64,000 nucleotides of DNA, from assembly GCF_006345805.1 (NCBI RefSeq), contig NC_043004.1, positions 29,946,001 through 30,010,000 of the forward strand, read 5' to 3'. Shown piece after piece: positions 11,902 through 24,838 of the stretch (positions within the stretch are counted from its first letter, which is position 1; each line of letters starts with the position of its first letter). The DNA is from Octopus sinensis (lineage: Eukaryota). The notes under the pieces were generated by a model. It was not told where the DNA came from. It saw nothing but the letters and a program-made list of their open reading frames with translations, and searched no databases. Both the position numbers and the translations under genes were made by a program.

Positions 11902-12927
11902 CACAGAGGTTGGACAAAATAATGGAAATACCTTAAAATTTCAAACAAATTTATTTTAATATGGGGTAGGACCGCCTTTGGCAGTAATTACAGCTTGAAT
12001 TCTATGAGGTATGGACTCGTACAAAGTTTGAATTGTTTCCAAGGAATTTTTGTCCATTCTTCACCTAAAACAGTCTTCAGTTCTTGTAGTGATGATGGTG
12101 GAGGATATCAGCTCCTTACTTGTTTTTCTAAAATGCACCATAAATGTTCAATAATATTGAGATCTGGGGACTGTGGTGGCCAGATAAGATGTTTAACTTC
12201 ACTAGAATGTTCCTTGTGTCATTCAGTAACAACTTTAACTGTGTGAATTGGTACATTATCATCCTGATAGATTGCGTTTCCCTCCAGAATCAGTTCTGCA
12301 AACATAGGATGAATTTGATCAAATAAAATGCTTAAATAGTCTTGACTATTAATTTTACCATGAAGGGAAACCATTGGGCCAGTGGATTCCAAGATATACA
12401 GCCCCCTTCATCACAGATCTTGCTCCATGTTTAACAGTTGGAAGAAGGCAGTCTCCACTCGAGGTGGTCATTAAGCTCTGCAGTAATTTTGGGAACTGTA
12501 CTTTTATGATTCTTTCTAACAATTCACATAAGAGTCCGATGGTCCCTATCTGAAAATTTTACTTTTCTTTGGGAGTTTTGTTTTGTCGAGGAGGCTTTTC
12601 CCTCTTTCTCAAAAGCTGTCATTACTTTCAAGACAGTACTTCTTGATACACCAAACATTTCGGCTGTTTTCATTATTCTATTGTCTGCCATACGAGCACC
12701 AACAATTTGACCTCTTTGAAAGTCCGATAGATCTGTCATTTTAATGAATTTCAATTACCTTTTTCTTATGATATCTGAAAAGAAACAGCAATTTTAGCAA
12801 AACGTATTCAGCAACACTAATAATAACTCAAAAAAACATAAAAATAAACAAGCTTTTGACAGTTTTATAGATATTTCAAAATTATGATGCTATGATGCTT
12901 GGTGTTTCCATTATTTTGTCCATCACC

Positions 12928-12930
<3 letters not shown>
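11902..12930 (-). mobile_element. Tc1/mariner-superfamily element, internally deleted, with DD36E catalytic spacing
   Basis: ~30-bp TIRs (cagaggttggacaaaataatggaaatacc / ggtgtttccattattttgtccatcaccctg) in TA context. N-terminal HTH ORF at 12524-12754. CLLPTVKHG and QDDN..WPPQSPDLNIIE motifs; internal stops present. Confidence 0.9.
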
Positions 12931-12964
<34 letters not shown>

Positions 12965-12965
<1 letters not shown>

Positions 12966-13062
12966 TTTATTTAAAAGCAGCAGAAATATAGCTGTTACTC
13001 AGAGTTTCATGTGAAACTCTGTGTAACAGCTTTTGCTATATTTCTGCTGCTTTTAAATAAAG
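12965..13062. repeat. Fold-back inverted repeat (~45-bp arms, 2-nt loop)
   Basis: ctttatttaaaagcagcagaaatatagc..agagtttca TG tgaaactct..gctatatttctgctgcttttaaataaag. Confidence 0.9.
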
Positions 13063-13131
13063 CATATTACTCTACCTCCGGTACTTGAGTACTCTTTTTT
13101 CCACCTTGTTTCACATATATGTGCTTACTCC

Positions 13132-13171
<40 letters not shown>

Positions 13172-13172
<1 letters not shown>

Positions 13173-13497
13173 TCTTTTACTCTTTTTTTACTCTTTTACT
13201 TGTTTCAGTCATTTAACTGCGACCATGCTGGAGCACCACCTTTAATCAAGCAACTCGACCCCGGAACTTATTCTTTTTGTAAGCCCAGTACTTATTCTAT
13301 CGGTCTCTTTTGCCGAACCGCTAAGTAATGGGGACATAAGCACACCAGCATCGGTTGTCAAGCAATGCTAGGGGGGACAAACACAGACACACACACATAT
13401 ATACATATATATGACGGGCTTCTTTCAGTTTCCATCTACCAAATCCACTCACAAGGCTTTGGTCGGCCCGAGGCTATAGTAGAAGACACTTGCCCAT
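13172..13497 (-). mobile_element. 5'-truncated SINE; same family on the plus strand at 50122-50490 and on the minus strand at ~51040-51130
   Basis: Shares the gggcaagtgtcttctactatagcctcgggccgaccaaagccttgtgagtggatttgg block with 50200-50270. Confidence 0.8.
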
Positions 13498-14286
13498 ATA
13501 TATATATTGTAGTTTAAGATAGGGATTCAAGGAATTGTATGGCTATCACAGAAAGTTCCTCTTACAGACTTGGCTAACTGTAATAATAGTCCAATACAGA
13601 GAAGTTTAACACAGAATGACTATACAGTTGAAATCCAGAAGATCTGATAGATGAAACTATTTCCTGAGAAGTATATAAGACATAAATAGTTAGGAGGTAT
13701 GAGAAGTGAATATATCTATTTAACTACGTGACATCTTGCAGCATTCTATATGTAATCATGATTTTAGTATGGAAGAAATTATGTATATATGTTTGCATTA
13801 AAATGTATGCTGACCATTATACAGTACAACTGTATATTCACAAATCAGTACAAATAAAGAAAGCTAGCTCAACAGATCACCAGAACATCATAGTTATATC
13901 AATAATTCAAGGATGTCAAATGATTAAATAAAGATATTCACTTCTCGTAACTCCTGACTTTTGTTTGTTTGTTTGTATGTGTGCGTGTGTGTGTGTGCAC
14001 GCGCATGTACATGTGTGTGTGTATACATGCATACATGCATCTAGCCACAGAAAACATGCCAAAGTAGATACTGGAGCATGATGCAGGCCTTTGATCCATT
14101 GCATCCTTGTGAAACTGTCCAATCTATGCCAGCTTTGAACATGGATGTTAATTATCGATGATGATATATATATCAGTGCTTCCCAACCTGTGGTCTGCAG
14201 ATCTCTGATGGTCCACAAATGTAGTACTGGGTGGTGGGGGTCTGTGAATATGTTAAGCTATTCTAGGAAATATATATATATATTAA

Positions 14287-14671
14287 AAATGGGAAAGGCT
14301 AGTTTATGGGATTACCTTGGGTTTCCAGTCCATAAAGGGTTTAGCTTTATGGCATACCTCCAGATCCCAAAAACCTGTTGGCTCAAAACCTCTTAAAAAT
14401 ATGGAGGAGGAAATGTCTCACTACTCAAAGGTAACAATTGGGGATTATCTCCCTTCGCTATCAGCTATTGGAAGTCGATACTCAGAAGTCAGTAGCTGAT
14501 AGCAAAGGGAGATAATCCCCAATTGTTACCGTTGAGTAGTGAGACATTTCCTCCTCCGTATTTTTAAGAGGTCTTGGGCCAACAGTTTTTGGGATCTGGG
14601 AGTATGCCACAAAGCATCCCTTTATGGACTGGAAACCCAAGGTAATCCCATAAACCAGCCCTCCCCATTTT
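14287..14671. repeat. Long fold-back element (~180-bp arms, 25-nt loop)
   Basis: 14287-14467 is the reverse complement of 14493-14671 with scattered substitutions. Confidence 0.95.
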
Positions 14672-14924
14672 CAATATATATTGCTCTACATCTTACAGTG
14701 TGCTTCTTTCAGATTTATGTTTTTTACAAATGATACATATACATTGCAGTAAATCCTGTTGGGATTTACTGCAATGTAATAATGGATTGGAGTTTAAATG
14801 ACCTATTATTAATTGAGCTCTTAATTACTGCAAATTTATTCTTTTGATGTTTATACAGCGATTCTCAGTAGGGATGTGTAAATGTGTATATTAATTAAAT
14901 TTTTCTTTTTTATCTTGTAGGAAA

Positions 14925-15185
14925 ATGCAGATTTTTATAATGACATGGGAAAGCCGGACTATTACTATAGAAGTTCATACTTCAGATACTATTGAAAATG
15001 TAAAAGCTAAAATTGAAAATCACCAAGGTATTCCACCAGATCAACAACATTTGCTCTATAATGGAAAAGAATTAGAAAATGACAAAACACTTTTTGACTA
15101 TGAAATTGAAAACCAGACAACACTGTACTTAGTTTACCGACTGCCAGGTGGTATGCAGATTTGTCAGAAAACTCTAATGAGCTAA
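14925..15185 (+). CDS. Diverged ubiquitin-like protein (76-aa Ub fold ending RLPGG, plus a 10-aa extension derived from a second Ub repeat)
   Basis: 46/76 identities to canonical ubiquitin by manual alignment. Polypyrimidine tract and AG acceptor at 14900-14920, 4 nt before the ATG. AATAAA at 15243-15248. The ORF is uninterrupted. Confidence 0.85.
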   Translation: MQIFIMTWESRTITIEVHTSDTIENVKAKIENHQGIPPDQQHLLYNGKELENDKTLFDYEIENQTTLYLVYRLPGGMQICQKTLMS

Positions 15186-15869
15186 ATGTTAAAATATCAA
15201 ACAATCTAAAAGTCAAAATTCAATACAAAGAACACAAAATTCAATAAAAATATACAACATTTGATCAATTAAGCAATCAAATTAAGACGTTAGTACTTCT
15301 CTGATGTCATTTCAATTGATTGTTAATCATATAAATTTGATGAGTTTAATTAACTGTTGAAAATTAACCAAAATAAATATGTTTAAAATTAAGTACATAA
15401 ATCATAATTTGCCTTTCATTCTGGGCACTAATCTTACCTCCTGAATTTCTTGTGATAATCTTTTTGAATCTGTACTTTGTAGTTTGTCAATCTCAAAGAA
15501 GCCCTTTCCTCAACAGTCTATTCCTAATTGACTTACACTAAATATTTTATGTAGCGCATCATGTTGGATTCAAAAAAGCTAACTCGTTAGTAGTTTATCA
15601 GGCCTGACTATAAAATAGCAGTTGTTAATGATATATTTCTCCAACATGTTCCACCATAAGGCCTTGTCCTTGTATATACCAGATGCTATGTAATTTTAAT
15701 ATTACACTAGATCCAAAAAGCTAATTGGTTAGCCTTTTGAATAATTTCACCAGAAATTTCAAACAACATTTGATAAAGTGATTTGAAAAGTATTTTCTAT
15801 GTTAGATTTCTGAAAAATGTTCAGATGCAAACAGTTAAAATTCAATTTAAAATGAAAAATAGAAATAAA

Positions 15870-16100
15870 CTATTTTGACCCTTGCTTTGCTCGGGTTTTG
15901 GTGGTGATGGCAACAAAATGGTAGCCCCGAGCAACTTGCAACCCTCCTCACACCATTGCCCACCCCATTTTACCCCCCAGTGTAAATTTTGGTGCCAATC
16001 CAACCCCATCTACCACCCCTTAAACCGTTCCCATCCCAAAGTGAAACAAATAACCAAGAAATCAAACAACTTTTTCACATTTCAGCTTTATAGATATTGA
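15870..16100 (-). mobile_element. Non-autonomous Helitron (231 bp)
   Basis: Minus strand: a|TCaatatctataaagctg... at the 5' end; 3' hairpin cccgagcaaagcaaggg then tcaaaATAG|t. Confidence 0.65.
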
Positions 16101-16179
16101 TTAAAGGCTTCTGTGCAAGGATTTATAGAAATTTTGTTCAAACTATAGGGAAGTGTCCTATCATTTAGAAAATGAATGG

Positions 16180-17380
16180 TTGAAAATCTTTGTTTTTGCA
16201 TCAGCAAGAGTTATATTTGCTCCTTGGAGTTGTTTGTTTAAGTTGCTTATTTCTCAAAGATGTTTGTCAAATACCTGACATATGCCTTGCTATCTGTTGT
16301 TGACAGAAACTTCCTTTCAGTTTTGTGTTCAAAACCTCACTGAGCTCATTAAATAACTCCATGAATCTCTTCAAGTAACTTCCTTTTGACAATTTCTGTA
16401 TGAAGTAATGATCAAACATGTACTGCACTTTGATTCACACAGAACAGCTTAAAAAGACATCCAAATGTAACACTTGATTTGATGGCATTAACACACTTGA
16501 TCACAGATTGCAGAATCTTGTGAAGAACAGGGGAAATTTTCTTGGCAATCAAGTTTTCTCAGTGGATAATAACACAATGTACAGTCAACATGTTTGGATA
16601 TTCCTCCTTCATCAGTTTTCAGCATCCTGTTTTCTTGCCCCATCCGCAGCATATGATATAATGTTTCCTTTTGGCATTTTGTTTGAATCCAAATAATTTC
16701 TTCAGTTTGCTGTAGAAATCAGCTGTAGTAACAGTCATTTCTACTGATTCACAAAACCACATCTCTTCCTGAAACTCCTCTTGATCAATATACTTCACAT
16801 ATGCCAATCACAGAGCATCACTATTCTTAAAGGTAGCTTCATCCATTTGTATTGAAAATTTCAATGATTTCAGTTTCTCAATTAGCTGTTCTTCAACATA
16901 TTTCCCCATGTCATCAATTCTTTTGCAGACAGTGTTATTACTCAGCAGCATGGCCATAAGATCTTTATCATCCTTTTGTATCAGTTTTTAAAAATACTGA
17001 GATAACTGGTTTAATCAATTCCTCTCCAATAGTATGATTCTTTCCAGGCTTTGCTATGATCAGAAGAATTTCATAGCTTGCTTCAAGAGTATGATTGTGG
17101 GTTGCATTTTGTACAGAGAATAATCTAGAGATTTTTTTTATCAATTTTCAAATTTTTCTTTTAGTGACTTAAAATATTCCAAATTTGAATTGGCGAGATT
17201 GGGATGCTTTACTCTCAGGTGTACTTTCAGTCAGCCTCCCTTCATTGGCTCATTAGTCAATGTCTCATGACACAATAAGCAGAATGGTGTGTGTTTACTG
17301 TGCACAGTGGGAATAAACCCAAACTTCAAAATTTCCAATGAATACTGATGAATCTTCACTTTACTTGGTTTGCTCATTTT
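16180..17380 (-). pseudogene. Degenerate hAT (Buster/Charlie-type, ZBED5/8-like) transposase remnant
   Basis: Broken frames give YSLEILKFGFIP..PFCLLCHETLTNEPMK, LSNNTVCKRIDDM, FSIQMDEAT and LAYVKYIDQEEFQEEM; many stops and frameshifts. Confidence 0.8.
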
Positions 17381-18379
17381 AAAAAGGGTGATAGAAATCT
17401 CTAAAAACGAAAAATTGCAATTATTTATGCAAGTAAAGAATGTAAAAGACCCTGGAGTGACAGAAGTGTATATGGCTTCTAATTTAGGCTACAACAGCAT
17501 GGCTAGTCATAAATGTTTATTATAAGAAAATTATAATGAAGCAAGAGAGCTGGGCCTAGATTAAGCACTAGGTTGATGCTTATGACCATTCTGTAGTTAA
17601 GTTTCTTTGAATTCTACTTTGTTTAAATTCACTTCTAGGTCAATATATGCTTAATAAATATCGTTTTTCATTACATTTCGCACTTTTTTAGACCTTTAAG
17701 GAAAAGTATCCAGCATATGAAAACTTATCAATGCTAAATAGTTGCTCATTATAGTTTTTACATTAGGTACACGCAGAGTAGAATTCCAGCCTATTCCTTT
17801 TCTGAATATTGAATGTGGCAGCTTACCAGAAGGTGTTTACTTTTCTCACCTCTTAACATTTTAGACTTTGCTAGGTTTACTAGACCTTTTGATTCTAGGC
17901 CCTGGTTCTATAATTAAAAATTCTTCTCTAAATATCAGACAGATTCAGCTATGAGAACTAGATTGCCAGCATAAAGGCATTCAGCCAGACTTGAACTTCT
18001 TTTGTGATAGCCTGGAGAACCATAATATGTATGAGGGGCAGAAACCCAAGTGCTAATGGATATCTCTCTACATGCTAAATTTCTCACTGAACTTGTAACC
18101 AACTCTCACTTCGCTTGCTCAGCCCCCATCTATTTTTATTAGCAGCTATTTATTATAGAGTGTGGTATCCTGTCAAAGACTGCTAGATATAGTAGTCAGC
18201 CCTCAGCAAAGAACTTCTGTAGCTGTACTGTTAAAAAGAAGGCATCGGTTGTACATTCTCTTGGCACAGCTTGGCCTATCTAAACATTCAGGATATGGTC
18301 CAGCAATTTGATGTCCAAAATTACTTCTTTTTTAAAGCAATTTCTTTGTCCTTGTACCAGTTGATGATAAGACTGTTAC

Positions 18380-19970
18380 ATCATCATCATCATCATCATA
18401 GTTTAACATCCACTTTCCATGCTGGCATGGGTTGGACAGTTTGACTGAGGACTGGCAAGCCAGGAGGCTGCACCAGGCTCCAATCTGATCTGGCAAGATT
18501 TCTACAGTTGGATACCCTTCCTAATGACAACCACTCTGAAAGTGTAGTGGGTGCTTTTTACATTTCACCAGCACAGGGGCCAGTCAGGTGGTATTGGCAC
18601 TGATCACGCTTGAATGGTGCTTTTTACATGTCACTGGCACAGGAGCCAGTCAGGTGGCACTGGCAACAACCACACTCAAATGGTGCTTTTTACGTGCTGC
18701 TGGCATTGACCATGTTCGTATGGTGCATTTTACATACCACTGGCATGGGTACCAGTCAGGCATTAGCCACACCAATGATTTCACTTGACTCAACAGGTCT
18801 TCTCAAGCACAATACATTGCCCAATGATTGAAGGGTACTCTTAGAGCCAGTTATGTGACACTGGCATAGACAACAGTTATGTTCACTTGGCTTGCTGGAT
18901 CTTCTCAAGCACAGCCTATTTCCAAAGGTCTTGGTCATTTGTCATTGCCTCTGTGAGGCCCAAAGTTTAAAGGTTGTGCTTCACCACCTCATCCTAGGTC
19001 TTCCTGGGTATACCTCTTCCATAGGTTCCCGCCACTGTTAGGGTGTGACACTTTTTGACACAGCTGTCCTCATTCATATGCAACACATGACCATAGTAGC
19101 ACAGTTGTCTCTCTTGCACACCACACTTGATGCTTCTTATGTCCAACGTTTCTCTCAGAGTGCTTACACTCTGTCATGTATACACACTGACATTACACAT
19201 CCAGCAAAGCATACCAGCTTCATTTCTTGCAAGCTTACGCATGTCCTCAGCAGTTACAGCCTATGTTTCACTGCAGTGTAGCATGGCAGTTCGCACACAT
19301 GCCTCATACAGTCTACCTTTCACTTCCTACTTTATCTACTTGATAATACAAGTGACTCATACATATCCTACTTTGCCATAGATTTTCAGTATCTTGGCAA
19401 TTAATGTTGATGGTCCTGCTGCTTTCCTTGACTTCATCTCCTTCATAACCACTTTCAACCATCTGTCAGCCTTTATAGCAGGTTTCACAGGTAGGTTTAC
19501 TCAGTTGAGTTTACCCCTCTCTCGCCCATGACACATAGTGACATTTTCATATCAGTCTTCTTGGCTCTGGGAAGCTGAGCATTCTGCAATCATTCCATAC
19601 ACATTGTTCACGGGTTATTTTCTGATCCACACTGATTTTGCCATGTGGAATATTTCATGTTTCTGGTCCTCACAGAATAGAACATGGGTAAATTTCTTAC
19701 ATTCAGGTTCTCTCCTTGCTAGACACATTTCTACCATATGATTTCACTAACATCTCACTTTCTGCATTGTTGAAAACATGGTCCATCCACAGATCTGATT
19801 AATGACTCCTCAAGAAATTTCCAGTTGTTTTCCATGTCATGAGGCTTCTCCCCACTCAATAGAGGTGTATGTGTGTGTGCATGCGCATGTGTGTGGCGGG
19901 GGATCACCTGGTACTGCTTTAACATATTACTGAGAGACCTAGCAGCTTCCTGATCTTCCTTTTCCAGCCA
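18380..19970. mobile_element. SINE-like repeat (18380-18960) adjoining a degenerate RTE LINE fragment
   Basis: The SINE block matches 4555. 19040-19290 is similar to 10850-10980 (RTE 3' region). Confidence 0.7.
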
Positions 19971-22900
19971 GTCACAAAACATATACCATCATTTTACAAA
20001 ATACAATATATATAAAATTTACATTTATCATATGAAAATATATACTTATATATTAACATATTAATAATACAACATGAATAAACACTTACACAATGTGAAG
20101 AATTTGCACTATAGATCAATTCAGTGTATTTCTAATATAGAGAATAACTAGACTAGATTATGAATATAAGCCAATCAATTATATTTTGAAAAGTTTTTAG
20201 AAATGACAAATGTTATTCAATACAAACCAGAAGAACAAATATAAATGGAAGAAAACAAAGTGGATTGAAGAATTTGTTTTATTAAGAAAAGTAAAGAAGA
20301 CAAACAGACTAAAAGTCAGATATAAGTTAAATTTAAAAAAAAAAGAAGTCCGATACAGTAATAGTGAACAATAATTGTGACAGCCCTCTCATGCATTGCA
20401 CCATAGTGAAGACTTTGTCCTCATGTAACTGATAAAGGACAACACAACTTGATGGAGCCAATTCCAAAGTACTTATTGAGCAATATAAACACCTGTTAAT
20501 TATTACAGTGCTCCTGCTGCTTACTGGTCCTCTTCACTGCCTAAGGTGCCTATTTACATAGCCATGTCACAGTGAAGTGGGTTACTTATGGATACAATTC
20601 AGTTGATGATGAAGATGTATAAATTGTCAACTGCCCAGCTGGGACTCATATACAACAAATAAAAAAAAAATTAAACAAATAATTGAAGACAATTTGAAAT
20701 GCTTCAATTATACAAAAAGATTAAAATCTTTTAAATCACATTTCCTAAATTGTTTTTTTCAACATATAATTTCGAAATTTATTTACAATCCATTGATACT
20801 CCACTTTATGTCTTCAATAAAGTACAGTATTTACAATCCAGTTTCTTTTAATATTAAGATATACATCTATTTTTGTGTTTAATTTTTTTTCAACTGGTTT
20901 CAACAATTATATATCTCTGGGGGTTTTCTTTTTACATTAACCACTTAGAACGTATGACATAAAACAATTGTGGTTGGTTGTCTTGCAGCTAGCATATAAC
21001 TATGCCAACACATTCTCTTATATATCACAGTGAGTACAAGAACTTTTCAATATTGGCACATCATCAATACATCTGAGAAGCAAATTGCAAAATATAGCAA
21101 GTAAAATGTAGCAATTAATTAAGGATTTTTAAAATGTAGCTCTATCATGAGGTATCACAGGACAATATCACAATCAGTTCTCAAATCTGTTTACTAGAGG
21201 CTTATTTGTACCTCATACAGTGAAAGAGTCCATGGATATGTGAAATTATGCTGACATTCAATGAAAGCAATTCAATTCAGTGACAAAATAAATGCATTTT
21301 TTTTTCATACAAACACTTGGTTTCTACTGGGAAACCATTTCTGCATTTCAAAGGCTATACAAAAGCCTATGACAAAAAACAAAAAATAAGCTCTACAAAT
21401 GGTAGAACCATAATTGCATAAAAAGGAAAGACTTATCAGCTTTAGTAAAACACATTGAGGCAATAAAAGATGTTAATCTGTTGAAAGAAATGAAATAACT
21501 TTTTGCTGAAATTATGATTTTACTAAAGTGCCAAATTCAGTAACAACATTATGAATGAACAATTTAACAAAATAAAAAAAACAAAAAAATTAATTTTTAA
21601 CAGTTTACTTCAGATAAGAGATTAAAATATGAATCCCATCCACTTCCACAATTTTAAACCAATAATAATAATACTGTAAGCTGGTAAACATGAGTTGCCT
21701 AGATAAAAAATATTACTGAAGCTGACACTATCATTACTAACATCATGATGTTTTTACCAATCAACTTAGCTAACTAATTATTGATCAGTCCACACAAGAA
21801 GTTACACAGATTGTTTTGTCATTACACTCACAACCATTGTACTCTTTGTAACTCAAGTAAATTTTGTTAATGTTTCTTTTTAGCAATTTGAGTATACCAA
21901 GAGCACTCTCTGATGCAGAGTAAACTCAAATGGATTGGCCATCCCTTTAGGGGAAGTCATCAAGAGTATATATTGACCCATAGTCTCACTGGGTCTGCCA
22001 AACAATAGATCACCTAACTCTGAAAGTCAGGGCTCCTTATATTCTAACAGGAAGATTCTTTAAGGTGAAATTCTACATTGCTACCCTTGGAATTAAAAGG
22101 AAAGAAGTTCATGTAGACAAAGATCAGTTCCACCAACACATCTACTCTTCATAAAATAAGACAGAAGAATAACAGTGGATTATTAAACAGCTGATAGTAA
22201 AAATGTGTGTGTGTGTGGGGGGGGGTGAAATTATTGAGGAAGTGATCTATGTGTTCATCAGTTTGTGCATCAATAGTGTGTTTTCTCAGAAGAATATTAG
22301 AGACAGAGAACAACATCCAAACTATTTAGTGTCAATAAATTTGTTTTTATTATCTGAAAAACAGATTAATGAATCACATGATCATTCCACAAATAGCTTA
22401 TGTTATTGAAGTGAACAATTTATAATAGTCTTTCTGATCAAATCAAATTTGCAGATGTCAATCAAACATGTTTTGTTCACAGGTATTACTGATGCTTCAA
22501 AAAAATACTGTGCTAAACATAGCTTATTTAAAAAAATTCACAGTTACTCTTCACACTGTGAAGAAATTTTACCAAGTATTCAAGGTAAAACATTGACCTA
22601 GAGAAAAGTTAAGTCCTTAAAACACTTCAAGAGAGTATGTTGTTCCCCTCCATAATGTAATGGAAAATAATAGACCATAACTCACCTGTGTTCAGAAAAT
22701 TATTGACTTATGTAGTGAAGGGGTTGGATGACTGATCTTGGCACTTTTGTAGAGAATATTTAGTCTCTACTTCAATGGAATTAATAAGTCACACAGACTC
22801 TGTATTGGAAGATGTCCACTCAATACTTGCTGCAATAGAGACAAGTATCTTCTCACTTATTTGGTGGAACATAAATGTTCACAGGCAAATGCAGTGTGAA

Positions 22901-24253
22901 AGTTTAGTTTATTCAAATACCTTATCTCACTAGAAACATAAGGAGATGTTCAATGTCTGTGGAATAGTGTGGCCAAGATGCCTTCAGATTATAATTATTC
23001 AGCTAGTAAATGTCCATCCATTTGTCTGACAGTCAGTGAATATTTGTGAAACACTATGCTCAAGACTGGCAAGACTGATGTAGAGCTTGCTTTATTGGTT
23101 AACTAGAGCAACCCCTGACTATAAATGATTTTTATTGTAGGTCGTAATTATCTTGATAGTTATTAGCATTGCCATCCATAGTGTTTGATCTCATCATCAC
23201 TTTAAGACTGAACATTGTTGGAAATATAATCACAGATACTTGTGGATATGGAATTACCAATTCCAAGGTTTTGAGTAGATCTACTTTCACAATTTACTTT
23301 ATATAAGGGGAACAAACAAACAGGTAAGGACTACCATTAATATAAGGCAAATAGTAATGACCCTTTGTAACACTAAATCACTGCTGGGTTGTGTTATTAT
23401 ATCGTTTGACTAATAATACATCCAGCATAACACCATGATGATTGTCTACAACAATTAAAGGTTAAAACAAAAAACGAAAACAATTAAGAGTTAGTTAATT
23501 CTGGATTAACTGTTAATGTATTTCAAGATTAATCCAGCCTACTGAAACTTTCTGTTATGAGACAGTGGACAAATGTTATTAAAATTGCATCCTGCAATTT
23601 CAAACATTTGCATATAATAGAGATTGTGGCTGGATATAATTAGACAAGAAGTAGGTGTAGAAAGTAGAGTTGATGGGAAAATGAAACTTGACTAAATTAG
23701 GAACAAAGAAAAGGCTTGGCTTTGATCAACAAGGTGAGCTGGCTAGATGTATGTGACTGCACAAGACAGCCATATAAGGAATGAAAAACTGAAGTTTACA
23801 CCTGAGGAAAGTGTGAAACGGTCACTTAATAAAATGTAATTGAAGACTGTGTTTGTGTACAAGAAAAAAAAAAATTCAATAGATTATTCTTGAAAATTAA
23901 AATTTTATCTAGAAAAATTACATTATTTTTAAGAAATATAATTTATATTCATTTAAAATATTTAGCAAACAATTACTTTTACCAGAATGGTTTTAGGAGT
24001 TGAATCCTAGTTAGTGATCCTTTAATTATAAATAGTTTGGTTTCACTACATTTACAGTAGTGTGAACACAAAACATCTTTGTTTCTATGGCAAGCAACTG
24101 GACTGATCAAATACTATGTTTTTTTGATTCTTCAAACAACATAGGAGCATTAAATTTTGGAAATCTGGGGTTTTTTAAACATGTAAGACATCAGTAAGTG
24201 GAAAGACATGAATGTCAAATGCCATAATATGCTCAACTTTACATAGAATAAAA

Positions 24254-24290
<37 letters not shown>

Positions 24291-24788
24291 CATACATATA
24301 TGGTAAGTAAACAATACCTTTTAATTTTAGTCACATTTTATTTTTGTTTGATTTAAGGAACACCAGATAAGACTACCAATGTTTTTCTTTTTATCAAAAT
24401 AGAAAAGTTCTAGATATACTTTATTTTTCATTTCATAATTAAAATTATTATAGTTGTTAGTAAAGCATTGGCTAATTCTTTGCTTAAATGTTTGATAAGG
24501 TAACATAGTTTATAGGAGTTCATTTAGGAACTAATGTAAAACTGATTTTAAAATAAAAATATTTCTGTATTTATTGTCCCTCCTAACTGAAATAGGAAGG
24601 CTCAAAATACTTGCAACTATTAAAGCTGTCTTTTTTTTTGTCTATTTTTTAAATGTAAAATGATTTTGCATTATAATGAGAGTCAATGAGTATTTTATTA
24701 TGAAGCAGAATAAGAATAATTTGGCAGTTGAAAATGTAAAATTTGCTGTTAATTGAAAGCTAAGTGATATTTCACTTTGCTCAGTTGA

Positions 24789-24838
<50 letters not shown>

